Source of the DNA: Pristiophorus japonicus
Lineage: Eukaryota
Length of the DNA: 64,000 nt
Assembly (NCBI RefSeq): GCF_044704955.1
Contig: NC_091988.1
Location: 148,738,001 to 148,802,000 of the forward strand
Direction of reading: 5' to 3'
The position numbers and the translations under genes are program-made. The stretch's first letter is position 1. Every line of letters begins with the position of its first letter. Below the pieces are notes generated by a model that was not told where the DNA came from, ran no database searches, and saw only the letters and a list, made by a program, of their open reading frames with translations. Positions 1 through 11,545 of this stretch are shown here, one piece after another.

Positions 1-329
1 CTGCCTTTGATCAGTTTACATTTTACATCCACTTTATTACAGTTTACAAACAGAGGTTAATCATTTTTACACTAAAAATACCATTTTGTCTTGCAGTAAA
101 CATGTTTTGATTTTTTTGGAGCTTATTTCATGCTAGCTTTCGAAACATTGTAACCCCGAGGTCACCATCAATAGCTGCACTTCTGTGCAGGTGTACGATA
201 CCAAGGTGATCGGTGAAACTGGGAGCTTGCTATGTGGTGTATCCTGGGGGCTCACATTGAACTGATCTATGACGCGGCACATTGGTAACAATCTCATTTC
301 CTTGCTTTTTGAACGATTATATATTTCAA

Positions 330-1114
330 GTTAAGTTGAGGTCTTCATGCTCTAATGTAAATGATCAGAAGCTGACAGTTATTAAATATGATTTTAATGC
401 ATGGATGGATAGAAAAAAAGATGGGGGTGGCAGTATTGACCAAAGAAACTATTATGGCACTGGAAAGGGATAGTGTAATTCAGAGGTCAATGGCAGTATC
501 TATTTGGTTAGAATTAGTAGAGGAGCTATTACACTACTGGGTGTATATTTTAGGCCACCAAAAAGTGGGAAGAAGATCGAGGAGCAGATTTGTAGGCAAA
601 TTACAGAAACTACAACAACTACTGAGTAGTGATGATGGGAGATTTCAATTATCCTAATATAGACTGGGATAGTAACAGTGTAACGGGCAAAGACAGGGAC
701 GAATTCCTGAAATGTGTACAAGAAAACTTTCTTGATCAGCGTGTTTCCAGCCCAACGAGAAAGGAAACGGTGCTGGATCTGGTTCTCTGGAATAAAGTGG
801 GGCAGGTGGAACATGTTTCAGTGGGAGAGCATTTGGAGAATAATGGTCATAATATCATTAGGTTTAAGATAGTTATGGAAAAGGACGAAAAACAATCAAG
901 TTTAAAAATATTCAACTAGAGGGGGACTAACTTCAGTGAGTTGTAAAGGGATCTGACCCAGGTGCATTGGAATCAGAAATTGATAGGCAAAATAGTCATT
1001 GAACAATGGGAGGTCTTCAAAGAGGAGATGGTTCGGCTACAAAGTAGTCACATCCCCATGAAGCAGAAAGGAAGGGTATCCAAAACTGGTGCTCTCTGGA
1101 TGACTGAAGATATA
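330..1114 (+). mobile_element. CR1-clade LINE ORF2 endonuclease fossil (5' part, interrupted by a Harbinger-like element)
   Basis: ORF 629..919 contains MGDFNYPNIDW...FLKCVQENFLDQ...PTRKETVLDLVL, the CR1 APE signature; stops and frameshifts present. Confidence 0.85.
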
Positions 1115-1549
1115 GGGCCCAAGTTTCGGGCCGCGCCTAAAACGGCGCAGCCCCGACCTGGACGCCCGTTTTTCGCGCCCGAAAGTGCGTCAAAAAAATA
1201 CCTGCAGATTCTCCGGCTCCCTGCAGATCCTTTGGAGCTTGGCGCGGCGCAGCACGAGCTGTGGGGGGCGGAGCCAGGTCCCTGCGCTGAAATCAGTGCT
1301 GGGACCTCTGCACAGGCGCGCTACAGTGGGCGCGCATGTGCAGTAGCTCCAGGCGCCCGAAACTGTGTGGGAGGGGCCCGAAGCACACAACCCTTAACCC
1401 TGGCCAAATGGGCTCACTGGGGCGGCGAAGATCAGGCTGCACCTCCCTCGTCCAGCTCCTGCTCTGGCTCCAGCTTCCTCCCCTGTTCAGCTGACGCTCC
1501 CTTCTGGCTTTCTCAACCCCCCCAGCTCCCATTCCACTACCCGTTCCGC

Positions 1550-2350
1550 ACCCGCTCCCTCAGCGCCCGCTCCGCCCCCCCGCCCAGCTCAGTCTCCGCT
1601 GCCCGCTCTCCCACCTCCCACTCCCTCAGCTCCCGCTCCGCCCCCCCTGCCCAGCTCAGTTTCCACTGCCCGCTCCCCCACTAGCTCCCGCTCCGCTGAC
1701 CACCCCCCCCCAGCTCCCGCTCTGCTGCCAGCTCCCAACCCCCCCACCTCCTGCTCCGTTGCCCGCTCCCACCCACCCACCCCCCCCAGCTCCCGCTCCC
1801 ACCCACCGCCACCCCCCCCCCCCCAAGCTCCCGCTCCCACCCACCGCCACCCACCCCAGCTCCCGCTCCCACCCACCGCCACCCCCCCCAGCTCCCGCTC
1901 CCACCCACCGCCCCCCCCAGCTCCTGCTCCCACCCACCGCCCCTGCTCCCGCTCCACTGACCAACCCCCCCAGCTCCCGCTCCACTGACCCACCCCCCAG
2001 CTCCCGCTCCACTGACCCTCCCCCCCCCCAGCTCCCGCTCCACTGACCTCCCCCCCCCCCCCAAGCTCCCGCTCCACTGACCTCCCCCCCCCCCCCCCCC
2101 AAGCTCCCGCTCCACTGACCCCCCCCAGCTCCCGCTCCACTGACCCCCCCCCCACAGCTCCCGCTCCCACCCACCAACCCCCCCCCTCCAGCTCCCGTTC
2201 CCACCCACCAACCCCCCCCCCTCCAGCTCCCGCTCCCACCCACCACCCCCCCCCCCCCCCAGCTCCCACTCCAACCCCTCCCAGCTCCCATTCCGCTCCT
2301 CCCCTGCCAGCTCCCGCTCCGCTCCACTCCCCCCCAGTTCCAGCTTCCCC
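1550..2350. repeat. C-rich minisatellite, unit about CAGCTCCCGCTCC(ACTGA/CACCCA)C(n), inside Harbinger-like copy 1
   Basis: Many tandem cagctcccgctcc units separated by poly-C runs; the source of the Gly/Pro-rich ORFs at 1589-2357. Confidence 0.9.
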
Positions 2351-2623
2351 CGGCCACCTACCTTTAACTCCGGTCCGCTCCCTCTTACATCGGCGGGGCC
2401 CGCCCGCCCGGCATCTTGCTTGGGCCCGGCTTCTTCACGTCGGCCGGGCCCATTCAGCCTCCTCCCTCTCCTCTACCCCTCCCTCTCCTCTCCCCTCCCC
2501 TCCCCTTCCCACTCCTCGCTGTCAGAAACCCAGACACTGACAGACAGAGAGTGAGAGAGAGGCACACAGACAGACAGAGAGAGAGACACTGACAGACAGA
2601 GAGTGAGAGAGAGGCACACAGAC

Positions 2624-2626
<3 letters not shown>

Positions 2627-2680
<54 letters not shown>
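2627..2680. repeat. (GA)n microsatellite
   Basis: Uninterrupted gagaga run. Confidence 0.95.
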
Positions 2681-2682
<2 letters not shown>

Positions 2683-3240
2683 TGACCAAGTCAGAGAGAG
2701 ACACACACTGGGGGGACCCCGTCCCAGCACGCTGTTGAAGAGCTCCCGGTGCTGTAGTCAGTGAGTAGAAACTCAATTTTTTATTTATTGATTTTTAAAT
2801 TTTATTTTATTTTATTTTATTTCTTATTAATTTTTTTTGGATTGAGTTATTGATGTATTTATCATTTATTATTGATGATGGCTCTTTATTTGTAAAACTG
2901 AAGTGTTTAATATTTGTAAACTTCTCTTTCTCTCGCCCCTCCCGCCGTTCCCTACGCCTGATTTTCTAAGTGTAGGCAAGGTTTTTCTGAGCGTACAAAA
3001 ATCTGCACTTACTCTATTCTAAGTTAGTTTGGAGTATGTTTTCACTGCCTAAACTTTCAAAACGGGCGTAAGTGGCTGGACACGCCCCCTTTTGAAAAAT
3101 AAAATCTGTTCCAAACTGAAACTGTTCTAACTGACTAGAACTGGAGCAAACTAAATGCCGAGAATTGCAATTTCTAAGATACTCCATTCTAAACCAGTTG
3201 CTCCAAAAATACAGGAGCAACTCAGGCCAAACTTGGCCCC

Positions 3241-3872
3241 ACCGAGTTAAAATGAGACAGAAGGTGACGGCTTATGATAAATGTAATGTTCATAATAGAG
3301 AACCAAGCTGAATATAGAGATCTAGAAAAGGTAATAAGAGGAGCAAAGAGTACGAGAATAGATCACAGCTAACATAAAAAGGAAGCCAAATGTATTTTAT
3401 AAACACGTAAATAGTAAAAGGGTAGTCAAAGAAAGGGTGGGGCCGATTGAGGACTAAAAAGGAGATATTCTTGTGAAGGCAGAGGGACATGGCAGATGTA
3501 GTTAATGAGTATTTTGCATCAGTCTTCATTAGAGAAGAAGATGCTCCCAATGTAGTAGTAAAGGGGGAGGCAATAGCGATATTGGATAGGATAAAAATAG
3601 ATAAAGAGGTACTTAAAAGGTTGGCAGTCCTCAAAGTAGAAAAGTCACACGGTCTGGATGGGATGCATCTTGGGTTAATGGGAGGTGAAGGTATAAATTG
3701 CGAGTTGTTGTGATCTGGAATGCACTGCCTCAAAGGGTGGTAGAAAAAAAATTACAGGGCTATGGGGAAAGAGCAGTGGAGTGGGACTAATTGGTTAGCT
3801 CTACCAAAGAGCCAGCACAGGCACAAAGGCCGAATGGCCTCCTTCTGTGCTGTATCATTCGAAGATTCTATG
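3241..3872 (+). mobile_element. CR1 LINE fossil (continuation after the insertion, then 3' end)
   Basis: ORF 3489..3713 MADVVNEYFASVF; 3' UTR-like ggccgaatggcctccttctgtgctg and a ttctatg tail. Confidence 0.8.
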
Positions 3873-3904
3873 TGCCTTTAAATACATTTTGATTGTGCTT
3901 TAAT

Positions 3905-4050
3905 TTTCAGTGCTGTGGGAGCCTTGGTGGAGGCGGTGACCAGGAGGCATAAGGTGCTGTTCCTTGTAGACAAGCCAGCAACAGTGGGCAGCGGATATAT
4001 CGGCAGCAATATTGGAAAAAATTCAATGACTAGACCAGAGCTACTAAAGT
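3905..4050 (+). pseudogene. Fragment of a Harbinger Myb/SANT-like DNA-binding ORF
   Basis: Reads AVGALVEAVTRRHKVLF ... KKFND*TRA followed by a GTAAG donor; resembles the ALVEEV..RRDVLF / KKFNDL pattern of Harbinger Myb-like proteins as I recall it. Confidence 0.5.
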
Positions 4051-4274
4051 AAGAATCCCATTCACAGCTTTCTTACTCTTCGCACAGCCCTGCTATGTTC
4101 TGAGCACAAGCAAAACTTGCCATCCCCACATTCCATCTCTCTCCTCCAATCAAAGCCACATACATCAATGTACCTTATCTACTTCCACTTTTACACTTTG
4201 CACTGGCTTATTCCCTCACAATTACTACTACCCCAGAACTGCTACATTTTTCACTCACCACAAACGCCGTTCCC

Positions 4275-4725
4275 TAGTCACCGACTCCATCCCTCTTCTT
4301 GGCCAATGTCTCAGGCTGAACCAGATTGTTCGCAACCATGGCGTCTTATTTGACCACGAGCTGAGTTTTTGACCCCACATCCTCTCCATCACCAAGACCA
4401 TCTCCTTCTACCTCTGTAACATTGCTCATCTCCGCCCTGTCTGAGCTCATCTGCTTCTGAAATCCATATCCATGCCTTTGTTACCTCTAGACTTGATTAT
4501 ATCAATGCTCTCCTGGCTGGCCTCCCAATATGCACCGTCCATAAACTTGAACTCATCCAAAACTCTGCTGTCTGTATCCTAACTCGCTTTAAGTCCCGTA
4601 CACCCATCGCCACTGTGCTCACTGACCTACATTTGCTCAGGTTGAGCAATACCTCGATTTTAAAATCCTCATCCTTCTTTTCAAATCCCTCCAGGGCCTC
4701 GCCCCTCCCTATGTCTCTAACAAAA
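4275..4725 (+). mobile_element. L2-clade LINE 3' ORF2 fossil
   Basis: Degenerate RLNQIVRNHGVLFD ... IHAFVTSRLDYINALLAGLP ... LELIQNSAVCIL ... VLTDLHLL ... DFKILILLFK, typical of the L2 C-terminal region. Confidence 0.8.
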
Positions 4726-5099
4726 AAAAAATCAAGCTCCATGGGTCTGCGAGTACCTGACCAGTGCACCTGGTGAGATCTGGTCCTTGCTGCTCACACT
4801 TGATCAGTGAGTCAGCTGTTTTAGATCCAATCTACTGAACGAACACATTAAAGTCGCTTGGTACAGCAGGACCATATTCAATAAACTCCAGCTTAACAAA
4901 ACTTTGGCTTCAGCAAGTAATTTAGAACTAAAGCAAGGAATGCAGAGGTTTGTGGCAAATGTATTAGTTAAGATAATAAGCAAGGGAGCACCTTTATGTA
5001 TTAGCTCCTTTTTAACTATAATTCTAGCACTACTGAATTTCTGGTTTACCAAACAGGCCTTGGTATAATTTACTTTGGCAGTGTGGGATCTTGCTGCAA

Positions 5100-5367
5100 A
5101 CACAGTCTTAGGGTAAGGGGTAGGCCATTTAGGACTGAGATGAGGAGAAACTTCTTCACTCAGAGAGTTGCTAACCTGTGGAATTCCCTGCCACAGAGAG
5201 TTGTTGATGCCAGTTCATTGGATATATTCAAGAGGGAGTTAGATATGGCCCTTGCAGCTAAAGGGATCTAGGGATATGGAGAGAAAGCAGGAAAGGGGTA
5301 CTGAGGGAATGATCAGCCATGATCTTATTGAATGGCCTACTCCTGCACCTATTTTCTATGTTTCTAT
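5100..5367 (+). mobile_element. CR1 LINE 3' end fragment
   Basis: HSLRVRGRPFRTEMRRNFFTQRVANLWNSLP and a (TTTCTATG)n tail. Confidence 0.85.
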
Positions 5368-6554
5368 GGGGCCAAGTTTCGGCCGGAGTTGCTCCTGTTT
5401 TTTTGAAGCAACTGGTTTAGAATGGTGTATCTTACAAATGGCAATACTCGGTATTTAGTTTGCTCCAGTTCTAGTCAGTTAGAACAGTTTCAGTTTGGAA
5501 TAGATTTTGTTTTTCAAAAGGGAGCGTGTCTGGCCACTTACGCCCGTTTTGAAAGTTTAGGCAGTGAAAACTTACTCCAAACTAACTTAGAATGGAGTAA
5601 GTGTAGATTTTTGTACGCTCAGAAAAACCTTGCATACACTTAGAAAATCAGGCGTAGGTTACAAATCAGGCGTAGGGAAGGGGGGGGGGGTTTAAGGGAA
5701 GTTTACAAACGTTAAACACTTCAGTTTTACAAATAAAGAGCCATCATCAATAATAAATGATAAATACATCAATAAATCAACCAATAAATAAATGAAAAAA
5801 AATTAATAAAAAATTTTAAAAATAAAAAAAAATCAATAAAACATTTTCTACTTACCGACTGCAGCACCGGGAGCCCTCCAACAGCGTGCTGGGACTGCCC
5901 CCCCCCGTGTGTCTCTATCTCTCTGTCTGTCAGTGTGTCTCTCTCTCACTCTCTGTCTGTCAGTGTCTGTGTTTCTGACAGCGAGTGGCGGGGAGGAGAG
6001 AGGGGGGAGAAGGGAGGGGGAGGGGGAAAGGGAGGGAGGGAGGGATGGAGAAGGAGAAGGAAGGGAGGGAGGGGTGGGGGCGGAACGGGAACGGGAGTCG
6101 AGTTGAGTCGGGTCCGGGGGGGGGGTTTCAGGTCCGGTCTGGGGGGCAGGGGGGTGGGGAGCGGGGGTCCGGTCCGGGGGGGGGGCGTTGGGTTGGGTCG
6201 GGAAGAAGCAGGAGCTGGGCGTGGGAGGTGCAGCCTGATCCATACTGCCCCAGTAAACCCATTCGGCCAGGGCTGGGGCTGCGTGCTTCGGGCCCCTCCC
6301 ACACAGTTTCGGGCGCCTGGAGCTACTGTACATGCGCGCCCACTGTAGCGCGCCTGTGCAGAGGTCCCGGCACTGATTTCAGCGCAGGGACCTGGCTCCG
6401 CCCCCCACAGCTCGTGTTGCGCCGCGCACAGCTCCAGAGGACCTGCAGGGAGCCGGAGAATCAGTAAGTATTTTTTAGGCGCATTTTCTGGCGCGAAAAA
6501 CAGGCGTCCAGATCGGGGCTGCGCCGTTCTAGGCGCGGCCCGAAACTTGGGCCC
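5368..6554 (-). mobile_element. Non-autonomous Harbinger-like element, copy 2 (inverted relative to copy 1)
   Basis: TAT|GGGGCCAAGTTTCGG ... CCGAAACTTGGGCCC|TAT; perfect 3-bp TAT TSD, inserted in the CR1 tail. Confidence 0.88.
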
Positions 6555-6872
6555 TATGTTTCTAAACAATTTATACAATTGACCAAAACTTATCCATGAC
6601 AGAGGGTGGTATAATTAGACAACTGCTGAGTTACAGAATGACCTTGCTTCTGCAGGACTCGTCCATATAACTAGTCAGAAACTACAGTATGATACACAAC
6701 AAAACTTAGAATGTGGCAGGAAGGAGTGGGGAGCATGAGAAAGAAAGAAAGCAAGAGAGAAAACGAGAGATAGAGAACGAACACAGAACAACAGTATTTT
6801 TTCAAGTGGTTAGACATTCACTGTCTAAACATCCAGCCCACAGTGGAAAACAAAAGGTTTGTGGCTTCTCAC

Positions 6873-7017
6873 CTACTGCACATGTTAATTTGCGAGTCCT
6901 CTGCTGCAACAAACGTATAATCTGTGCTTTCTGTGTGGGAGCACATCGACAGCAGACTACAGCAGGGCACTGACAGGCCAACTCCATGAATTCGTACTCA
7001 TAGAACTTCAGGCATAC
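6873..7017 (-). CDS. ATP9A: ATP9A coding exon (window exon 10, 145 nt); the following GDGGND exon was not found and probably lies beyond the window start
   Basis: CTGTAG|GTA TGC ... GCA GTA G|GTGAGA; [48 protein letters not shown](G). CAPTQKAQ and LTCAVG fit ATP9A better than ATP9B (CSPTQKA, TCAIG as recalled). Confidence 0.93.
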
Positions 7018-8234
7018 CTACAGGAGAAAGAAAGCAAGGACAGGTGCTCATAATAGCATCATATTCAGTGCGATTGAAACACAGACTAAAGGTGATCAAT
7101 CAGTGCTTAATACAGAGCTCTCCTCTAAGCCAAATCAACAGGACTTCCTATTAGAAATTGAAATACAACCATACCATACAACAGCTCCAATGGTCAGCCC
7201 CATTTTATGTCATAGAGCTGCAGGGCTTGCACAGCTAACCACATTTCATAGTCCCTATGGGTCACCTTACTTCATGCTGAAATCCCCCATGGTCTACCCC
7301 ATTTCACACATTTTGATGAAGGAGCAGAAGGTGGATTAACCATTGAGACAGATCTTCCTTGTGCTTCGATTGACATCCATCCTGCACACACTGCAAGGGT
7401 ATAGCTTGACTTCATAGGATCTGAGGATACCACATGCTGAACAAGCACATAAAAATGTCGCCATGATGTTACCAACAGGCGCTGTGGCACGTTGTCCCTT
7501 ACTCGCTTCATTTCTCCAGGCTATAGAGGGGATGCGGCATGAGAAATGGCTCTTGTACCCGCCTATCACCGGCCTTCTGCATCTGCCTGGGCGATAGCTA
7601 ATGGGTTGAAAATTTGCAAAACTATCTTCTTATTGGACTCTTAAAATGAAATTCCGTATATAGCTCAGTTCCCTAGCAACCCTGGATTTATATGGGTGGC
7701 TTGATGACTCAGTGCTAGGTGTTTATGAACGTCTAAATAAGGTCATTCGGACTTAATTAAATTATTTCAAATCAAGCTCCTGCTCATCAAATCCCCCAGC
7801 ATAAATGGGGCAATGTGCAAAATGGATAGAGACTTAGAGAGTGGAATCTCCACTCTCCGATAAATCAAGTCCACTTTTGTGCCTGAATCGCGCACTACTG
7901 ATTGGAAAAGCTAAGCTCACACGTGGACTTTGGTGGGTATAGGATTGAGCTTTACTGTGATGCCCTCCAATGTCCAGATTCAAACATGAGAAACAATGTC
8001 TTGCTTAAGGTACAAGAGGACGATCAGCACCTGTGAACTCATACCCCAGTAAGCGTTATTGCCTACCGGAAAGAAAGGAATAAAAGCAGGAGGAAATTGG
8101 ACAACAAACTGAGCCACCAAAGTCAATGGCTCATAAATAAATCCATACAGCAGAGGTCAATGGTGCCACAACCATGGATAGTTAAAAAGAGACAGAAATC
8201 TACCAAAATGAAAAGTACCAAAATAAAAGCTCAC

Positions 8235-8324
8235 CTCCAGTGAATCACCAGATATGACCAATGCACAATCGTGTTTCCTTCTAAAAGCGTTAAGCTCTAA
8301 ATGAGCTTCTCCTCGATTGGTAAT
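8235..8324 (-). CDS. ATP9A: ATP9A coding exon (window exon 9, 90 nt)
   Basis: CTTTAG|ATT ACC ... CTG GAG|GTGAGC; [30 protein letters not shown]. Confidence 0.95.
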
Positions 8325-9670
8325 CTAAAGATAAAAACATCAGTAACAGTACAGATCAACTTCTGAAATACAGGTGTAAGCCTTATCAAGCTAGATTCTC
8401 ACAAGATGCACACACACGATAAATGGAAACTTGAGGGTGGTAATGAAGGTGACCCAGCACCCATAAAACCGTATCCTGGCTGAATAATACCTTCAGCGGA
8501 GTTGGATAAGAGAGAAAATTAGCAAAAACAGAAACAATATACAGAGACCACAGTTGTGTCCTTTATATCATTACTTGGGCTATATTTGTTATGTAATACA
8601 TACATGTCGATTGTCAACAAGTACAATGAATGACCAAAGGTCAGGCCAACTATTTAGCATGTCACCGACAAAACATGATCCAAATTAGTTGCAGTACCCC
8701 TTTTCCTTGAAGATTGAACTACTGCACAGAATGTTGTTTTCTTGCTAATAAGAAGTGACATTTCAGCTAAAATAACAAGCTACAAAGTATTATTAATAGG
8801 AGGAAACAGGAAAAAAAAAATCAGAAAAATTATTTTTTCAAGTGCCTTTGGTCAGCTTGTTCACTGCAACATTTACAGCAATTAAAAACCAAGAGATTTC
8901 AAAACTTAACATTTAAAAAGCTGGAAAGTTAAAACAAGGATTGTGATTAACTGTGATATGTTTTGCCCTTTCTCCCCCCCCCCCCCCCCCCACCCAATAT
9001 AGTTATTAAAAAATACCCATTCTATTTAAACTATGAGTTCTCTGTTAGAGACTCAATGGGTCACGGCATCACCTATTCATAATTGAGCCCATAGACATCT
9101 CAGCTGATTGGAGACAACTCTTGAAATGTAGCTCATTTTCAGTACTAACTGAAGTATCAGCCTAGATTTTGCACTGCAGTGGGGCTTGAACCCACACTTT
9201 GAACTCAGAGGTTTGAGTACAATCGAGACATGGCAGCAGTGAGGGACAACGATTGGCTTCACTGTCTTTCAGCTGGCAGAGGAGGGCAATGGTAGTAGAG
9301 AGAAAAATCAACGGTTGATTGCTGTCTGTTGAGCCCTGTTAGATAGGCAAAACATAATATCCGATGGTCGGACAAGCAGACACCGTTTCACATGTAAAGA
9401 ACTACCACTTAGGCAAGGGATCAGTGGTACCCGTTGTTGTCAATGGAGCATATGTAATAAAGGTTAGCACCTTCAGAAGTGGAGGAGGTAAACATTAAGC
9501 TTTTTACCCCCTCCAAGACTTGCAATTACATTTATTGAAAGAGATGTTGATGTTGGCACGGCCTTTTTGAAAGGTGCTTATGGTCCTAAAGATTGCAGAG
9601 CTCAGTGCCATCCAATTATTTGGGGATCCAACAGTGACAATGACAACCAGGTCTCGGTGGAAACACTCAC

Positions 9671-9769
9671 AGTTCGGAAGACGTGGATGTCTTGGTTCCT
9701 GGTTACTAGATGTGCATTTTTTGCCGTACAAGTTGCCGTTTCAAGTTTGTCCCCAGTGAGCATCCACAC
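9671..9769 (-). CDS. ATP9A: ATP9A coding exon (window exon 8, 99 nt), WMLTGD motif
   Basis: TTATAG|GTG TGG ... CGA ACT|GTGAGT; [33 protein letters not shown]. Confidence 0.95.
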
Positions 9770-9803
9770 CTATAAGAAAAAGTGCAAAATTACTAGGAAT
9801 TAT

Positions 9804-10032
9804 GGGGGCGAAATTGTCCTGCACCCCGATTGGGGACGCTAACCAGCTGCGGCACTGACTTTCTGCCCTCGGTTCAGAAGTCCCACCCCTGCTGCTGAAT
9901 TGGGCTTAATGCCCCTCAATGGAAGTGGAGTGTAATCTAATGCCTCCCCCCCCCGCCAAGCGAAAAGTCTCTTCTGCCCCATTAGCCCCGGAGGTGCTTA
10001 TGGGCCTCCAAAAAAGGGGCAATTTTGCTCTC
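9804..10032. mobile_element. Short Harbinger-like MITE
   Basis: TAT|GGGGGCGAAATTG ... CAATTTTGCTCTC|TAT; imperfect 13-bp TIR and a TAT TSD. Confidence 0.65.
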
Positions 10033-10279
10033 TATTTGAGTAATGTCAGCATTGATACAATTGGTATATAGTATGCATCAATACGAAAGTGGCAGTCAAC
10101 TTGAGACTACCAAGCACATTAAACTCGTGAGATGTAAAGTTTCCTCCAGGAGGCAGTCTCACACCAGTTTGGGTTCAGAGTGCAGTATATCTTCAGCCTC
10201 AATCCTACAATTCAGATTACTAACAAAAAAAAGTGTTTGTGCAACTGCAACAACACTGGAGAGCACTAGAGCACCTTTA

Positions 10280-10770
10280 AAGTAGCAAAATGTCCCAAGG
10301 CACTTCACAGGAGTGTTAGAAAACAAAATTTGACACCGAGCCACATAAACAGCTATTAGGGCAGATAACCAGAAGCTTTGTCAAAGAAGTAGGTTTTGAG
10401 GAGCATCTTAAAAGGAGGAGAGAGGTGTAGAGAGACAGAGAAGTTTATGGAGGGAATTCCAGAGCTTAAGGCCTAGGTAACAGAAGGCATGACCATCAAA
10501 GGTGGAGCGATTAAAATTGGGGATGCTCAAGATGCCAGAATTGGAGAAGCCCAGATATCTCGGAGGGTTGTAGGTCTGGAGAACATTACAGAGATAGGGA
10601 GGGATGAGGCCATGGAGGGATTTGAAAACAGGACGGATAATTTTAAAATCGAGGTGTTGCTTAACCAGGAGCCAATGTAGGTCAGCATACAGGCGTGATG
10701 GGTGAGAACAGGACTTGGTGCGAGTTAGGACACGGGCAGCAGAGTTCTGGATGACCTTAAGTTTACGGAT
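10280..10770 (-). mobile_element. L2 LINE 3' fragment
   Basis: Reverse-complement similarity to 4540-4720 (ttttaaaatcgaggtgttgc, ggacttggtgcgagttagg) plus an L2-like 3' UTR. Confidence 0.75.
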
Positions 10771-10859
10771 CTTCAGAAGTACAATCTTAAGTGGGGGTCT
10801 TCCTTAGTCAGCCCTGACAGATCTTTGGCTCTGCTGTACACTGGGGCATGGTTTCTTAC

Positions 10860-11030
10860 CTTTATCCCAGCATTTCTCAGCATCTCCAGGGTAGGCCTGA
10901 CATCAACCTGCAGCTGGTCCTCCACTCCAGTCAGGCAAAGAAGCTCCATTTCCATCTCCAAACTCTCAATAACGGTTGCCACTTTCAATGACCGATCATG
11001 CACACTCAGCTTCGCTTGATTATAACGAGT
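10860..11030 (-). CDS. ATP9A: ATP9A coding exon (window exon 7, 171 nt)
   Basis: CTTCAG|ACT CGT ... ATA AAG|GTAAGA; [57 protein letters not shown]. Confidence 0.95.
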
Positions 11031-11545
11031 CTGAAGAAAAGAGACATTTTTTCCATTCATTCTTGCAATAAAGACGTCTGGTCATAGTGAAAGAGGAAAG
11101 TTGCAGTGACTTAAAAAGAAATCTATCTATTTTCTTCCCTCTTCCAAGATGTTTGCCCCTTGCCAGAGTGCAATTCCATGGGTGTCCTCTGGTATCTCAC
11201 TAAATGGCCATTATCCACACGAATCTGCACAGTGAATGACAGCATGGAAAGCATCACAGCCAAGCCTTAGTCTGCCCTCCCCCAACATTCACATTTGCAC
11301 ATTTCCTGCAGTGGTTTCTAGATAGCATTCAGGAGCCAGAAAACAGGTTGAATTTTCTTTCTCTCCCTAACTCAGGAAATGAGGCTTTAGCTCTTAAATT
11401 GCTGGCCTGCACAAATCTTCTCAATACACGGAATAAACCTGCCAAGCCTTTGAGGGATGCTTTTTTTAAAAATAAGAGAATTCAAACATAGATCGAGTTA
11501 CCTTAAAACAAAAGCAAAATACTGCGGATGCTGGAAGTTAGTTAC

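Larger units (their letters stand above)
1115..3240 (+). mobile_element. Non-autonomous PIF/Harbinger-like DNA transposon, copy 1
   Basis: Termini GGGCCCAAGTTTCGG ... GGCCAAACTTGGCCCC (imperfect TIR); splits a CR1; arms homologous to copies at 5368, 11745 and 63611. Confidence 0.8.

Noticed and set aside
962-1684. 240-aa ORF, and similar ORFs at 5946-6578 and 63481-63783
   Set aside because: Chimeric read-through from CR1 or flank into GC-rich transposon arms; no domain recognised and frames are not preserved between copies.
1589-2357. Long Gly/Trp- and Pro-rich ORFs (up to 233 aa) in several frames
   Set aside because: They come from the C-rich minisatellite inside a transposon; low complexity removes stop codons in all frames.
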